This document shows positions 27,752 to 38,699 of a DNA stretch of 64,000 bases, piece after piece (within the stretch, counting starts at the first letter, position 1; each line of letters opens with the position of its first letter). The notes under the pieces are model-generated. The model worked only from the letters and a program-made list of their open reading frames with translations. It was not told the DNA's origin and made no database searches. Source of the stretch: Clostridiales bacterium (lineage in GTDB: Bacteria > Bacillota > Clostridia > Christensenellales > CAG-314); NCBI GenBank assembly GCA_022508305.1, contig JAFLVM010000001.1, forward strand, positions 1,032,932 to 1,096,931, in the 5' to 3' direction. The position numbers were made by a program, and so were the translations under genes.

Positions 27752-28576
27752 ATGGCTATTAAGAAATATAAACCGACATCTCCCGCGCGTCGTTTCATGT
27801 CTGTTTCGACGTTCGAGGAAATCACAACGACAACTCCGGAAAAAAGCCTTCTTGCTACAAACAAGAAGACGGGCGGACGCAACGCAAGCGGTCACATCAC
27901 CGTTCGTCACATCGGCGGCGGCAACCGCACCAAGTACAGAATTATCGACTTCAAGCGCGACAAATCCGTTCCCGCTAAGGTTGCAACAATCGAGTACGAC
28001 CCCAACCGTACGGCAAACATCGCTCTGCTTCACTACGCAGACGGCGAAAAGAGATACATTCTCGCTCCCGTTGGTCTTAGCGTCGGCGACACGGTTGTGG
28101 CAAGCCCCGACGCAGACATCAAGGTCGGAAACAACCTGCCTCTTGAAAACATCCCCGTTGGTACAATCGTACACAACATCGAGATGAACCCCGGCAAGGG
28201 CGGTCAAATTGCAAGAGCGGCAGGTATCTTCGCTCAACTTATGGCAAAGGAAGGCAAATACGCAACGTTGCGTATGCCCAGTGGCGAAATGAGACTGATT
28301 CTCTTGAAATGCCACGCAACAATCGGACAGGTTGGTAACCTTGACCACGAGATTATCTCTATCGGTAAGGCGGGCAAAAAACGTCACATGGGCGTTAAAC
28401 CCACCGTTCGCGGTAGCGTAATGAACCCCTGCGACCACCCCCACGGCGGTGGTGAAGGTAAGTCACCCGTTGGTCGTCCCGGTCCCGTAACTCCTTGGGG
28501 TAAACCCGCTCTCGGTTACAAGACCAGAAAGAAGAAAAAGGCTTCCAGCAAATTTATCATTAAGCGTATCAACTAA
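27752..28576 (+). CDS. rplB: 50S ribosomal protein L2
   Basis: [16 protein letters not shown] motif, 274 aa. Confidence 0.98.
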   Translation: MAIKKYKPTSPARRFMSVSTFEEITTTTPEKSLLATNKKTGGRNASGHITVRHIGGGNRTKYRIIDFKRDKSVPAKVATIEYDPNRTANIALLHYADGEKRYILAPVGLSVGDTVVASPDADIKVGNNLPLENIPVGTIVHNIEMNPGKGGQIARAAGIFAQLMAKEGKYATLRMPSGEMRLILLKCHATIGQVGNLDHEIISIGKAGKKRHMGVKPTVRGSVMNPCDHPHGGGEGKSPVGRPGPVTPWGKPALGYKTRKKKKASSKFIIKRIN

Positions 28577-28590
28577 TCGGAGGAGAAACA

Positions 28591-28869
28591 ATGAGTAGAT
28601 CGATTAAAAAAGGACCTTTCGTTCAACCCAAGTTGCTTAAACGCATCCAAGAGATGAACGCTAAGGGCGAAAAGAAAGTTTTGAAAACCTGGTCGAGAAG
28701 TTCTACAATCTTCCCCGATTTCGTAGGACACACGATTGCAGTACACGACGGCAAAAAGCACGTTCCCGTATACATTACGGAAGATATGGTAGGCTTGAAG
28801 CTCGGCGAATTCGCTCCCACGCGTACCTTCAAGGGTCACGCAGGCAGCAAGACGGCAGGCGGAAGATAG
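28591..28869 (+). CDS. rpsS: 30S ribosomal protein S19
   Basis: [11 protein letters not shown]... [23 protein letters not shown]. Confidence 0.98.
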   Translation: MSRSIKKGPFVQPKLLKRIQEMNAKGEKKVLKTWSRSSTIFPDFVGHTIAVHDGKKHVPVYITEDMVGLKLGEFAPTRTFKGHAGSKTAGGR

Positions 28870-28882
28870 GAGGAAATAGAGA

Positions 28883-29269
28883 ATGGCTACAAGAAGTAAA
28901 GCAAAAGCCCTTGTTCGCGCTGAAAACAAAGACAGACGCCCCAAGGCAATAGCAAAGTACATTCGTATATCTCCCTCTAAGGTTCACGTAGTACTGGACC
29001 TTATCCGCGGACGTGATTACAGAGATGCCGTTGCTATTTTGAAGACAACACAAAAGGCAGCTTGCGAGCCGGTACTTAAGTGCCTCAACTCCGCAGCAGC
29101 CAACGCTGAAGTTAATCTCGGCTTGAACAAAGACGCGCTGTACGTTGCAGAGTGCTTTGCAGACCAAGGACCCACGCTCAAGCGTATGCAACCCGTTTCT
29201 CGCGGTAGAGGCTACCGTATCTTGAAACGTACGAGTCACATCACGGTGATTTTGGACGAGAGAGCGTAA
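28883..29269 (+). CDS. rplV: 50S ribosomal protein L22
   Basis: Conserved L22 sequence and operon order. It has a short N-terminal extension. Confidence 0.95.
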   Translation: MATRSKAKALVRAENKDRRPKAIAKYIRISPSKVHVVLDLIRGRDYRDAVAILKTTQKAACEPVLKCLNSAAANAEVNLGLNKDALYVAECFADQGPTLKRMQPVSRGRGYRILKRTSHITVILDERA

Positions 29270-29283
29270 GGGAGGAATGAATT

Positions 29284-29952
29284 ATGGGACAAAAAGTTAA
29301 TCCGCACGGACTTAGAGTAGGCGTTATTCAAGACTGGAATGCAAAATGGATTGCAGACAAAAAGAATTTCGCAAAGTACATCAAGGAAGACGACGTAATT
29401 CGTACCACCTTGAAGAAAAAGTACTTCCAAGCGGGCATTTCAAAGATTGTAATTGAAAGAAGCGAAGGCAAAGTAGTGGTAGACATCCACACGGGTCGCC
29501 CCGGCGTGTTGATCGGTAAAGCAGGCGCAGGCGCTGAAGAAATCAAGGCTATCGTTGCTAAGATTGCAGGCGACAAGGCTGTAGCAGTCAACATCATCGA
29601 GGTTAAACGCCCCGACATGGACGCTCAACTCGTTGCAGAAGCCATCGCTGCTCAACTTGAAAAGCGCGTAAGCTTCCGTAGAGCAATGCGTCAATGCATG
29701 GGTAGAGCAACCCGTAGCGGCGCTAAGGGAATCAAGACCATGGTTTCCGGTCGTCTTGACGGCGCAGAAATCGCTCGTACGGAGCAATATCACGAAGGTA
29801 GTATTCCTCTTCACACACTTAGAGCAGACATCGACTACGGTTACGCTACGGCATTGACCACGTTCGGTATCATCGGCGTAAAAGTGTGGGTGTACAGAGG
29901 AGAGATACTTCCCAAGAAGAAAAAGACTGCACGTAAGGAGGTAACTGAATAA
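29284..29952 (+). CDS. rpsC: 30S ribosomal protein S3
   Basis: [13 protein letters not shown]..., with KH and S3-C regions. Confidence 0.98.
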   Translation: MGQKVNPHGLRVGVIQDWNAKWIADKKNFAKYIKEDDVIRTTLKKKYFQAGISKIVIERSEGKVVVDIHTGRPGVLIGKAGAGAEEIKAIVAKIAGDKAVAVNIIEVKRPDMDAQLVAEAIAAQLEKRVSFRRAMRQCMGRATRSGAKGIKTMVSGRLDGAEIARTEQYHEGSIPLHTLRADIDYGYATALTTFGIIGVKVWVYRGEILPKKKKTARKEVTE

Positions 29953-30386
29953 TGTTAATGCCTAAAAGAGTTAAGCATCGCCGTCAATTCCGTGGCAGAA
30001 TGAAGGGCGAAGCGCACAAGGGCAACAAGGTTGCTTACGGCGAATTCGGTCTTCAAGCTTTGGAATGCAGCTGGATTACCTCTAACCAAATCGAGGCAGC
30101 CCGTGTTGCAATGACGCGTTTTATCAAGCGTGGCGGTAAAGTTTGGGTGGACATCTTCCCCCACAAACCCGTAACAAAGAAACCCGCAGAAACGAGAATG
30201 GGTTCCGGTAAAGGTTCTCCCGAGTATTGGGTGGCAGTAGTAAAGCCGGGCAGAGTTATGTTCGAAATCGCTGGCGTCAGCGAGGAAATCGCAAGAGAAG
30301 CTCTGCGTTTGGCAAGTCACAAGCTTCCTGTAAAGTGCAAGTTTGTGAGAAAGGTTGACGAGGTGAATGCAGATGAAAGCAAGTAA
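29952..30386 (+). CDS. rplP: 50S ribosomal protein L16
   Basis: [19 protein letters not shown]... Confidence 0.98.
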   Translation: MLMPKRVKHRRQFRGRMKGEAHKGNKVAYGEFGLQALECSWITSNQIEAARVAMTRFIKRGGKVWVDIFPHKPVTKKPAETRMGSGKGSPEYWVAVVKPGRVMFEIAGVSEEIAREALRLASHKLPVKCKFVRKVDEVNADESK

Positions 30387-30573
30387 TATTCGCGAACTAA
30401 GCAACGCCGAACTTACGGCAAAGCTCGCCGATTTGAAAAAAGAGTTGTTCAATTTGCGTTTGTCTCACGCAACGGGACAGCTCAACAACCCTCTTGCCTT
30501 GAACAATGTTAAAAAGGACATTGCAAGAGTTAAAACGGTGCTCCGTGAGAGAGAGCAAGCCGCAAAGGTTTAG
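30373..30573 (+). CDS. rpmC: 50S ribosomal protein L29
   Basis: [30 protein letters not shown] prefer ATG 30373 (7 nt after GAGGTG) over ATG 30367. Confidence 0.93.
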   Translation: MKASNIRELSNAELTAKLADLKKELFNLRLSHATGQLNNPLALNNVKKDIARVKTVLREREQAAKV

Positions 30574-30589
30574 GCGGAGGTAGTGAAAA

Positions 30590-30844
30590 ATGGAAAGAAA
30601 CAGTAGAAAAGAAAGAGTCGGCATCGTTGTATCCGACAAAATGGAAAAGACCATTGTCGTAGCTGTTGTAAACAAGTACAAGCACCCTCTTTACAAGAAG
30701 ACGGTATCTACGACAAAGAAGTATAAAGCGCACGACGAAAACAACGAATGCGGTATCGGCGACACGGTTAGAATCGTGGAAACGAGAAAGCTGTCCAAGG
30801 ACAAGAACTGGCGTTTGTTGGAAATTGTCGAAAAGGCTAAGTAA
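30590..30844 (+). CDS. rpsQ: 30S ribosomal protein S17
   Basis: Conserved S17 sequence ([15 protein letters not shown]...) and operon order. Confidence 0.97.
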   Translation: MERNSRKERVGIVVSDKMEKTIVVAVVNKYKHPLYKKTVSTTKKYKAHDENNECGIGDTVRIVETRKLSKDKNWRLLEIVEKAK

Positions 30845-30859
30845 TAGGAGGACTGCACA

Positions 30860-31228
30860 GTGATTCAAGCACAAACAAGACTTAAAGCGGCTGACAACAG
30901 CGGCGCAAAAGAACTTATGTGTATCAAGGTACTTGGCGGTTCCAAGCGTAAGTTCGGCAATATCGGCGACGTTATCGTTGCCAGCGTAAAGAGCGCAAAC
31001 CCCGGCGGCGTTGTCAAGAAGGGCGACGTTGTCAAGGCGGTAATAGTTAGAAGCGCGTTCGGTATCAACCGTAAGGACGGAACTCACATTCGTTTCGACG
31101 ACAATGCGGCAGTTATCATCGACGCGCAAAAGCAACCCAAAGGCACTCGTATTTTCGGGCCGGTAGCAAGAGAGCTTCGTGAAAAGGATTACATGAAGAT
31201 TGTGTCTCTCGCTCCGGAAGTGCTGTAA
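30860..31228 (+). CDS. rplN: 50S ribosomal protein L14 (GTG start)
   Basis: [17 protein letters not shown]... Confidence 0.98.
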   Translation: MIQAQTRLKAADNSGAKELMCIKVLGGSKRKFGNIGDVIVASVKSANPGGVVKKGDVVKAVIVRSAFGINRKDGTHIRFDDNAAVIIDAQKQPKGTRIFGPVARELREKDYMKIVSLAPEVL

Positions 31229-31243
31229 AAGGAGGTAACGAAG

Positions 31244-31672
31244 ATGGCAAGTATGAATGTTAGATCCGGCGACACGGTAGAAATCATCGTCGGCGACGTA
31301 AACAGCCGTGGCAAACGCGGCAAGGTCATCGTTGCGGACCCCAAAACTAACAGAGTAGTAGTAGAGGGCGTCAACCTCGTAACAAAGCACCGCAAACCCC
31401 GTTCCGCGCAGGAGCAAGGCGGCAAGTTTGAGCAACCCCGTCCCGTAGACGTATCAAACGTTGCGCTCGTTTGCCCCAAGTGCGGCGAGACCACACGCGT
31501 AGCTCACGTGCTCGGCGACCACGGCAAGTATCTCAGAGCTTGCAAAAAGTGCGGCGCAGTGATTGACGCGAAAGAAGAAAAGAAGCAAACCAGAGCAGCA
31601 AGCAAGTCTGCAGACAAAAAGGCTGCTCCCAAAAGAACGAGAAAACCCAAAACCGAAGAAACGGCTGAATAA
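31244..31672 (+). CDS. rplX: 50S ribosomal protein L24, with a CxxC-x19-CxxC motif and a Lys-rich C-terminal tail
   Basis: KOW region [16 protein letters not shown] and operon order. Cys77, Cys80, Cys100 and Cys103 are present. 142 aa, longer than a typical L24. Confidence 0.95.
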   Translation: MASMNVRSGDTVEIIVGDVNSRGKRGKVIVADPKTNRVVVEGVNLVTKHRKPRSAQEQGGKFEQPRPVDVSNVALVCPKCGETTRVAHVLGDHGKYLRACKKCGAVIDAKEEKKQTRAASKSADKKAAPKRTRKPKTEETAE

Positions 31673-31683
31673 GGAGGAACAAA

Positions 31684-32265
31684 ATGGCTACAAAGAAATC
31701 TGACGCTGTAAAAAGCGCGCAACCGATTGAATGTAGATTGAAGACGTTGTACACGGAAACAGTCGTTCCTCAACTCATCAAGGAATTCGGTTACAAAAAC
31801 ATTAACGAAGTTCCCCGCCTTGAAAAAATCGTCATCAACTCAGGTCTTGGCGACGTAAAGGACAACAGCAAGTCCTTCCAATTGGCGGTAGAAGAACTCA
31901 AAGCAATCTCCGGACAAAAACCCTTAGTTACCAACAGCAAACTTTCAGTTGCTAACTTCAAGGTAAGAAAGGGCATGGCTGTCGGAGCAAAAGTAACTCT
32001 TCGCGGCGAACGTATGTATTCGTTCTTCGACAAGTTGGTAAGCATCGCCCTGCCTCGCGTACGCGACTTCCGCGGCGTAAACACCAACCTTGACGGACGC
32101 GGCAACTACACGCTGGGCATTCGCGAACAACTCATTTTCCCCGAAATCGTTTACGACCAAGTGGAAAAGACGCGCGGTTTCGACGTTACGTTCGTAACTA
32201 CGGCTAAAACGGACGCCGAAGGCAAAGCGCTGCTCAAGGGTTTGGGCATGCCGTTTAGAGCATAG
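31684..32265 (+). CDS. rplE: 50S ribosomal protein L5
   Basis: Conserved L5 sequence with a ~14-aa N-terminal extension. Confidence 0.97.
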   Translation: MATKKSDAVKSAQPIECRLKTLYTETVVPQLIKEFGYKNINEVPRLEKIVINSGLGDVKDNSKSFQLAVEELKAISGQKPLVTNSKLSVANFKVRKGMAVGAKVTLRGERMYSFFDKLVSIALPRVRDFRGVNTNLDGRGNYTLGIREQLIFPEIVYDQVEKTRGFDVTFVTTAKTDAEGKALLKGLGMPFRA

Positions 32266-32282
32266 GTTCGGAGGTAGTAATT

Positions 32283-32468
32283 ATGGCAAAGAAAGCAATG
32301 ATAAACAAACAACAAAGAACGCCTAAGTATTCCACTCGCGGATACACACGTTGTTCTATCTGCGGCCGTCCTCACTCTGTTTTGAGAAAGTACGGCATTT
32401 GCAGAATTTGTTTCAGAGAAAAAGCGTACAAGGGCGAAATCCCCGGCGTTAAAAAAGCAAGTTGGTAA
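32283..32468 (+). CDS. rpsN: 30S ribosomal protein S14 type Z (zinc form)
   Basis: 61 aa, CSICGRPHS...CRICFRE. Confidence 0.97.
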   Translation: MAKKAMINKQQRTPKYSTRGYTRCSICGRPHSVLRKYGICRICFREKAYKGEIPGVKKASW

Positions 32469-32482
32469 GGAGGAAAATACAA

Positions 32483-32881
32483 ATGGTTGTTACAGATCCT
32501 ATTGCGGATATGCTCACGCGTATCAGAAACGCTATCACAGCTAAACACGCCGACGTAGAAATCCCCGCTTCCAAGACGAAGAAAGCCATCGTAGACATTC
32601 TCTTGAACGAAGGCTACATTGAAAGCTACGAGATAATCGAGCACGAGCTTCAAAACTCCATCAAGATTACCTTGAAGTACGGCTACAAAGGCGAAAGAGT
32701 TATCACAGGTTTGAAACGTATATCCAAGCCCGGACTGAGAGTTTACGCTAAGAGCGACGAACTCCCCAAGGTTTTGAACGGTCTTGGAATTGCAATCGTG
32801 TCCACAAGCAAGGGCATTATGACGGACAAAAACGCTCGCAGTCAGAATCTTGGCGGCGAAGTGCTTGCGTACGTGTGGTAA
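32483..32881 (+). CDS. rpsH: 30S ribosomal protein S8
   Basis: [17 protein letters not shown] after an AGGAGG RBS. The track TTG start at 32462 was rejected. Confidence 0.97.
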   Translation: MVVTDPIADMLTRIRNAITAKHADVEIPASKTKKAIVDILLNEGYIESYEIIEHELQNSIKITLKYGYKGERVITGLKRISKPGLRVYAKSDELPKVLNGLGIAIVSTSKGIMTDKNARSQNLGGEVLAYVW

Positions 32882-32892
32882 GGAGGTAGGAC

Positions 32893-33438
32893 ATGTCAAG
32901 AATTGGTAAGAAACCTATCACACTGCCTGCAGGCGTAACACTCTCTTGCGACAACGGTCTCGTAACCGTAAAAGGCGCAAAGGGAACCTTGACCCGTCAA
33001 ATCGCCGAGGAAAAAATCGGCGTTGAAATCAACGGTAACGTCGTAACGTTGACTTGCCCCGACGGAGCAAAGAGCGAAGTTCAGGCTAAACACGGTCTGT
33101 ACAGAGCGTTGGTTGCAAACATGGTAAAGGGTGTTTCCGAAGGCTTTACGAGAAACCTCATCATCAACGGTGTCGGTTACAAGGCTGCCGTTCAAGGCAA
33201 CAAGCTTGTGTTGAACATCGGTTACTCACACCCCATCGAAGTTGTTGCGCCCCAAGGAATAACGTTTGCCTGCCCCACACAAACGGAAATCACCGTTTCG
33301 GGCATTGACAAGGAACTCGTTGGACAAACCGCAGCAAACATCAAGGCTAAACGTCCTGTCGAGCCTTATCACGCTTACGGCGTACGCTACAAGGAAGAAA
33401 CCGTAATCATGAAAGAAGGCAAGAAGGCAGGTAAGTAA
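32893..33438 (+). CDS. rplF: 50S ribosomal protein L6
   Basis: MSRIGKKPITLPAGV... Confidence 0.98.
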   Translation: MSRIGKKPITLPAGVTLSCDNGLVTVKGAKGTLTRQIAEEKIGVEINGNVVTLTCPDGAKSEVQAKHGLYRALVANMVKGVSEGFTRNLIINGVGYKAAVQGNKLVLNIGYSHPIEVVAPQGITFACPTQTEITVSGIDKELVGQTAANIKAKRPVEPYHAYGVRYKEETVIMKEGKKAGK

Positions 33439-33450
33439 GGAGTGTAGATT

Positions 33451-33813
33451 ATGATAAAGAAGTTAAACAAAAATGCGGACAGACAAATTCGTCACGCAAG
33501 AGTAAGAAAAAAGGTATTTGGCACAAGCGTTAAACCGCGCCTTTGCGTATACCGCTCCACGAACTACATCTACGCTCAAGTTATCGACGATATCAACGGC
33601 AAGACGCTTGCAGCAGCAAGCAGTTTGGCTCTCCGTAAGGACTTGGAAGGCAAGAGCAAGACGGAAGCAGCCAAAGCAGTCGGTCAAGATATTGCAGCAA
33701 AGGCATTGAAGCTGGGTCTCAGTGAAGTAGTGTTCGACCGCGGCGGCTACATCTACACGGGTAGAGTTGCAGCTTTGGCAGACGGCGCAAGAGAAGCCGG
33801 ACTCAAATTCTAA
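33451..33813 (+). CDS. rplR: 50S ribosomal protein L18
   Basis: Conserved L18 sequence ([10 protein letters not shown]...[17 protein letters not shown]). Confidence 0.97.
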   Translation: MIKKLNKNADRQIRHARVRKKVFGTSVKPRLCVYRSTNYIYAQVIDDINGKTLAAASSLALRKDLEGKSKTEAAKAVGQDIAAKALKLGLSEVVFDRGGYIYTGRVAALADGAREAGLKF

Positions 33814-33828
33814 TCGGAGGCAAATCAA

Positions 33829-34455
33829 ATGGAAGAAGTAAAAGTTGAAGCTGTTGCAACAGAAGCAACACAAACTGAAGTAGCTGCTCCCGCCGAGGGA
33901 CAACAAAAACGCAACTTCCGCGACAATCGCCCCGACAGAAAGGGCGGCAGACGCAACAATCGCGAAAGAGTTGAAAGAGAGGACGACGGTCTTATCAAGA
34001 AAACCGTTTCCATCAACCGCGTTACCAAGGTTGTTAAGGGCGGTCGTACTATGCGCTTTAGCGCGTTGGTAGTTGTCGGCGACGGCAAGGGCAGCGTAGG
34101 CGTAGGTATGGCTAAGGCTGCGGAAGTTCCTCAAGCAATTGAAAAGGCTAATTTGAGAGCGAAAAAGGCAATGGTCAAGATTGCTCTCGTAGACACGACA
34201 ATCCCCCACGAAACAATCGGTAAGTTCAGCAAGGGTCACGTACTCATGATGCCCGCTCAACCCGGTACCGGTGTTATCGCAGGCGGTCCTGTAAGAAACG
34301 TATTGGAAGCAGTTGGTATCAAGGACATTCGTACGAAGTCCTACGGTTCTAACAACCCCATCAACTGCGTAAAGGCAACCTTCAACGGACTGAAGAATCT
34401 TCGTACCCGCGAGCAGGTTGCGGCATTGCGCGGCAAGAGCGTTGATGAGATTTAG
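33829..34455 (+). CDS. rpsE: 30S ribosomal protein S5 with a ~45-aa N-terminal extension
   Basis: [27 protein letters not shown] core, 208 aa. Confidence 0.96.
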   Translation: MEEVKVEAVATEATQTEVAAPAEGQQKRNFRDNRPDRKGGRRNNRERVEREDDGLIKKTVSINRVTKVVKGGRTMRFSALVVVGDGKGSVGVGMAKAAEVPQAIEKANLRAKKAMVKIALVDTTIPHETIGKFSKGHVLMMPAQPGTGVIAGGPVRNVLEAVGIKDIRTKSYGSNNPINCVKATFNGLKNLRTREQVAALRGKSVDEI

Positions 34456-34466
34456 TGAGGTGAATT

Positions 34467-34763
34467 ATGGCAAAGACTAAGAAAAACGAAAAACAACCTC
34501 TTTACATCAACGGCAGATACGTTGTAGAAAAAGAACTTCCGTCCAAACCCGCTAAAGGCGCAAAGCCTTACGAAGCGGCTAAGGGTCAACTCAAGGTTAC
34601 ACTCGTAAAGAGCACGCTTGGTTGCTTGAAGGACCAACAGGCAACAGTCAAGGCGCTTGGACTTACCAAGATTCGTACAAGCAACGTTCTGCCCGACAAT
34701 GCAGCAACGCGCGGTATGATCTTCAAGGTAAAGCACCTCGTTGCAGTGGAAGAAGTAAAGTAG
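34467..34763 (+). CDS. rpmD: 50S ribosomal protein L30 with a ~40-aa N-terminal extension
   Basis: C-terminal 58 aa LKVTLVKSTLGCLKDQQATVKALGL... is canonical L30. 98 aa in total. Confidence 0.9.
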   Translation: MAKTKKNEKQPLYINGRYVVEKELPSKPAKGAKPYEAAKGQLKVTLVKSTLGCLKDQQATVKALGLTKIRTSNVLPDNAATRGMIFKVKHLVAVEEVK

Positions 34764-34775
34764 GAGGCTACTAAT

Positions 34776-35222
34776 ATGAGAATACATGAAATTCAACCCG
34801 CTCCCAATTCGACAAGATCAAGTAAGAGACTGGGTAGAGGTATCGGAAGCGGCCTCGGTAAGACAAGTGGCAAAGGCCACAAGGGTCAATGGGCGCGTAG
34901 CGGTGGCGGTGTTCGTCCCGGCTTCGAAGGCGGACAAACTCCCCTTGCACGTCGTCTTCCCAAACGTGGTTTCAACAACAAGTTCAGAGTTGAATACGAC
35001 ATCGTCAACGTAGACGCTTTGAACGTCTTTGACAACGGCACGGTTGTAACTCCCGAGCTGCTTGCCGAAAAGCGTCTTGTAAACGGCAAGACCAACGGCG
35101 GCGTAAAGGTATTGGGAGCCGGCAACCTCACCAAAAAGCTTACTGTCAAGGCAGATAAGTTCTCCGCTTCGGCTAAAGCAGCTATCGAAGCGGCAGGCGG
35201 AGTTGCAGAGGTAATCGAATAA
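34776..35222 (+). CDS. rplO: 50S ribosomal protein L15
   Basis: [19 protein letters not shown] motif. Confidence 0.98.
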   Translation: MRIHEIQPAPNSTRSSKRLGRGIGSGLGKTSGKGHKGQWARSGGGVRPGFEGGQTPLARRLPKRGFNNKFRVEYDIVNVDALNVFDNGTVVTPELLAEKRLVNGKTNGGVKVLGAGNLTKKLTVKADKFSASAKAAIEAAGGVAEVIE

Positions 35223-36622
35223 TGTTTGAAACCATCAGAAATGCCTTTAAGATAAAGGACGTACGCAGAAAAATATTCATGACAATCCTGTTCATCGTTT
35301 TGTTCAGAATAGGTTGTTACATTCAAATTCCCGGCCTAAACGGCTTAGGCGACGCGCTTGAATCCAACAGTATGAACATCTTTGGATTGCTCAACTCTAT
35401 TACCGGTTCGGCGCTCAGTCAGGGTACACTCTTTTCTCTCGGCATTTCACCGTACATCAACGCGTCAATTATCGTGCAGTTGTTGACGGTAGCAATCCCT
35501 GCTCTTGAAAGAATGAGCAAGGAAGGCGAAGAAGGTAGAGAAAAAATTAACAAAATCACCCGTTGGGTAACGTTGGCTTTGGCGATTGTCAGCGCGGTTG
35601 GCGTTTATTTGACGCTCAGCCGCAACACCGAGTACAACTACGTCAACTACAGTTGGCTTGGCGGTCAGTACGCAAGTTTCTTCCAAGAAACAGGCGGCAA
35701 GTGGATTATGGGTATCTACATCGTTACCGTTCTCGTTGGCGGATCAATGCTTTGCATGTGGATCGGCGAACGTATCACCGAGTACGGTGTGTCTAACGGT
35801 ATTTCCATGATCATCTTCGTAGGTATCATTTCTACGGCTGCTCACCAATTGTTCAACACGATTGCTGGCGCTGTTCAAGGCACCACAAGCAACTGGTACA
35901 TTGCGCTGATATTCATTGTCGGACTTGTACTCGTGTTCGGCTTCATCGTTTGGGTGGACGGCGCGGAAAGAAAAATCAAGGTTCAGTACGCAAAGCAAGT
36001 TAAGGGTAACAAAATGTACGGCGGTCAATCCACCTTCATTCCCATCAAGGTCAACGCAAGCGGCGTTATGCCTTTGATATTCGCTTACGCTTTGATGTCT
36101 TTCCCCACAATGCTCATTCAAACGTTCTGGGCGAACAGCGACTTCGCTGCTTGGTGGTCGGAATACATGACGGCAAGCAACACAGGCACTAACGGTTGGG
36201 TAGGTGTAATCGTCTACAACGTTATACTGGCAATACTGATTTTCGTATTTGCGTATTTCTATTCGCAAATCCAGTTCAACCCTGTGGAAATCAGCCGCAA
36301 CATTCAAAACAACGGCGGTTTCGTAACGGGTATTCGCCCGGGCAGAGAAACGGCAGAGTATCTTGCTAAGGTTGTATCGCGTATCACACTGTGGGGCGCA
36401 GTATTCCTTGCAATCATCGCTTTCGTTCCGTCAATTATGTTCTCAATCCCCGGTTGGGCAGGTTTGGGCGAAAACATTCAATTGGTCAACAGTATGAGCG
36501 CGACAGGTATGCTGATTTGCGTATCGGTAGCGTTGGAATTCAACAAAGCATTGGAAAATCAAATTCTGATGCGTCACTACAAGGGTTTGCTTGGCTCAAA
36601 CTCCAAAGGATTTTTGAAATAA
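35222..36622 (+). CDS. secY: Preprotein translocase subunit SecY
   Basis: 466 aa, multi-TM, conserved SecY motifs, canonical position after rplO. Confidence 0.97.
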   Translation: MFETIRNAFKIKDVRRKIFMTILFIVLFRIGCYIQIPGLNGLGDALESNSMNIFGLLNSITGSALSQGTLFSLGISPYINASIIVQLLTVAIPALERMSKEGEEGREKINKITRWVTLALAIVSAVGVYLTLSRNTEYNYVNYSWLGGQYASFFQETGGKWIMGIYIVTVLVGGSMLCMWIGERITEYGVSNGISMIIFVGIISTAAHQLFNTIAGAVQGTTSNWYIALIFIVGLVLVFGFIVWVDGAERKIKVQYAKQVKGNKMYGGQSTFIPIKVNASGVMPLIFAYALMSFPTMLIQTFWANSDFAAWWSEYMTASNTGTNGWVGVIVYNVILAILIFVFAYFYSQIQFNPVEISRNIQNNGGFVTGIRPGRETAEYLAKVVSRITLWGAVFLAIIAFVPSIMFSIPGWAGLGENIQLVNSMSATGMLICVSVALEFNKALENQILMRHYKGLLGSNSKGFLK

Positions 36623-36623
36623 T

Positions 36624-37247
36624 ATGCGTATTATTTTGTTGGGTGCGCCGGGTAGCGGCAAAGGCACCATGGCGCAAAAGCTCACAAGCGAACTAAACAT
36701 TCCGCAAATCTCGACGGGCGACATCTTCCGCAAAAACTTGAGAGAAGGTACGCCCCTCGGGTTGCGAGTAAAGGACATCATGGCAAGCGGCGCGCTTGTT
36801 CCTGACGAAATCACCATTGAAATCGTCAAAAACAGGCTAATCGAACCCGATTGCGCAAACGGATACATTTTGGACGGCTTCCCTCGCTCGATAGCGCAAG
36901 CAGAAGCGTTGGACGCTTTCCAAAGTATCGACTGCGCAGTAAATCTCGACGTAGACAACGAAACTGTGGTAAAACGTCTTTCGGGACGCCGTTTCTGCCC
37001 CGATTGCAGCGGTACATTCCACGTTTCATCGCTTGGCAACGCTAAGACGTGCCCTCAATGCGGCGGAAAGCTCATCATTCGCGCTGATGACAGCGAGGAA
37101 ACGGTGAGAGAACGTCTACGCGTGTACGAAAAGACCACTTTCCCGCTTATTGAGCATTACGAAAAGCTCGGCAAGCTGATAACGGTGGACGGCAACGGCG
37201 GAATAGACGTCGTATACCGTAGAATTTTGGACGCGCTAAAGAAATGA
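36624..37247 (+). CDS. adk: Adenylate kinase (zinc-lid form)
   Basis: GAPGSGKGT P-loop. Lid sequence CPDCSGTFH...CPQCGGKL. Confidence 0.97.
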   Translation: MRIILLGAPGSGKGTMAQKLTSELNIPQISTGDIFRKNLREGTPLGLRVKDIMASGALVPDEITIEIVKNRLIEPDCANGYILDGFPRSIAQAEALDAFQSIDCAVNLDVDNETVVKRLSGRRFCPDCSGTFHVSSLGNAKTCPQCGGKLIIRADDSEETVRERLRVYEKTTFPLIEHYEKLGKLITVDGNGGIDVVYRRILDALKK

Positions 37248-37993
37248 TTACCATCAAGACGGACGCTCAAATTGAGTACATGCGCAAAGCAAATCAAATT
37301 GTCCGCGACACTTTGAATTTGCTTCGCGACCACACCAAACCGGGCGTATCGACGTACGAGCTAAACAGGCTTGCGCACGAGTACATAACTTCACAAAACG
37401 CTATTCCAAGCTTTTTGAACTACCACGGCTTTCCCGCAAGCATTTGCGTATCCGTTGACTGCGAGGTAGTGCACGGCATTCCTTCCAAGAAGAAAATTTT
37501 AGAGGAAGGGCAAATCGTCAGCTACGACTGCGGAGCAATCTTCAACGGTTGGCACGGAGACGCGGCAAGGACTGTTGCGGTAGGGCTGATAACCCCCGAA
37601 TGTCAGCGGCTGATTGACGTTACGGAGCAATGTTTCTTCGAGGGCGTCAACAGTATAGTTGCAGGCGTTACGCGACTTGGCGACCTCGGTCACACGATAC
37701 AAGCCTACGCCGAAAGTCACGGCTACGGAGTTGTTAGAGAACTCGTCGGTCACGGCATTGGCAGAAACATGCACGAAGAACCGGACGTTCCCAACTTCGG
37801 AGTGGCAGGCAGAGGCATGCGTCTAAGCGAAGGTATGACGATAGCAATCGAACCCATGATTACTATGGGAACGGAAAAGGTGGACTTTTTGGATGACGGT
37901 TGGACGGTGAAAACCCGCGACCGCAAGCCCGCAGCCCACTACGAAAATACCGTTGCTATCACCTCTCGCGGCGTAGAGATACTAAGTTTGTAG
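37244..37993 (+). CDS. map: Type I methionine aminopeptidase
   Basis: Conserved metal ligands in context (DCGAIFNGWHGD, HGIGRNMHEEP, IEPM). Canonical position. Confidence 0.96.
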   Translation: MITIKTDAQIEYMRKANQIVRDTLNLLRDHTKPGVSTYELNRLAHEYITSQNAIPSFLNYHGFPASICVSVDCEVVHGIPSKKKILEEGQIVSYDCGAIFNGWHGDAARTVAVGLITPECQRLIDVTEQCFFEGVNSIVAGVTRLGDLGHTIQAYAESHGYGVVRELVGHGIGRNMHEEPDVPNFGVAGRGMRLSEGMTIAIEPMITMGTEKVDFLDDGWTVKTRDRKPAAHYENTVAITSRGVEILSL

Positions 37994-37999
37994 GTGTAT

Positions 38000-38272
38000 A
38001 TGAAAGAGATAGGTATAGGTAGCGTCGTGCTGTCAACGCAGGGCAGAGACAAGGACATGTACTTTGTCGTAACTAAGGTTTCTGACGGTGTAGTGTTCCT
38101 TGCTGACGGCGGAATGAGGAAGCTCAACGCCCCCAAGAAGAAGAACGTCAAGCACGTGTCGGACAGTGGCGTGGTATTGGAAAATATCGCGGCGAAGCTA
38201 ACCGAAGGCAAAAAGGTGTTCGACAGCGAAGTAAAGAGCGCGTTGAGGCAGTTCAATCAACCAAATCAATAG
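38000..38272 (+). CDS. KOW-domain RNA-binding protein (the small conserved ORF between map and infA in Clostridia-like genomes)
   Basis: [18 protein letters not shown] resembles a KOW motif. Assignment rests on position. The start could be GTG 37994 or ATG 38000. Confidence 0.65.
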   Translation: MKEIGIGSVVLSTQGRDKDMYFVVTKVSDGVVFLADGGMRKLNAPKKKNVKHVSDSGVVLENIAAKLTEGKKVFDSEVKSALRQFNQPNQ

Positions 38273-38282
38273 GAGAGTCAAG

Positions 38283-38510
38283 ATGTCAAAAGACGACGTA
38301 ATCGAGGTAGAAGGCGTAGTAGTCGAGGCTTTGAGAAATGCAGAGTTCCGCGTGCGGCTAACGAACAATCACGAGGTAATAGCCTACGTATCGGGCAAAT
38401 TGCGTATTCACTCAATCAGGATTTTGCCCGGTGACGCGGTAAAGCTTGAAATGAGCCCCTACGACCTTACCAAGGGTAGAATCGTTTGGCGCACAAAGGG
38501 CGTCCAATAG
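38283..38510 (+). CDS. infA: Translation initiation factor IF-1
   Basis: [26 protein letters not shown]... Confidence 0.97.
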   Translation: MSKDDVIEVEGVVVEALRNAEFRVRLTNNHEVIAYVSGKLRIHSIRILPGDAVKLEMSPYDLTKGRIVWRTKGVQ

Positions 38511-38557
38511 TACAACTAAAACAGTTACACAGGCTTTTCTGTGTCAAGGAGGATAAA

Positions 38558-38674
38558 ATGAAAGTAAAACCGTCAGTAAAACCCATGTGCGACAAGTGCA
38601 AGGTTATCAAACGTAACGGCAAGGTTATGGTTATTTGTTCCAAATATCCCAAACACAAGCAAAGACAAGGCTAA
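38558..38674 (+). CDS. rpmJ: 50S ribosomal protein L36 (Cys-containing form)
   Basis: [38 protein letters not shown] after an AGGAGG RBS. It lies inside the longer track ORF 38486..38674. Confidence 0.96.
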   Translation: MKVKPSVKPMCDKCKVIKRNGKVMVICSKYPKHKQRQG

Positions 38675-38699
38675 CACCTCGCCGGTGGGGCGTGTAGTT
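38675..38699 (+). repeat. 25-nt intergenic repeat, copy 2
   Basis: CACCTCGCCGGTGGGGCGTGTAGTT, starting immediately after the rpmJ TAA stop. Confidence 0.8.

Noticed and set aside
27368-28444. 358-aa minus-strand ORF, and similar ones at 30530..31435, 33463..34260, 39588..40250 and 41383..41913
   Set aside because: All are antisense to highly conserved ribosomal protein genes. They are classic shadow ORFs.
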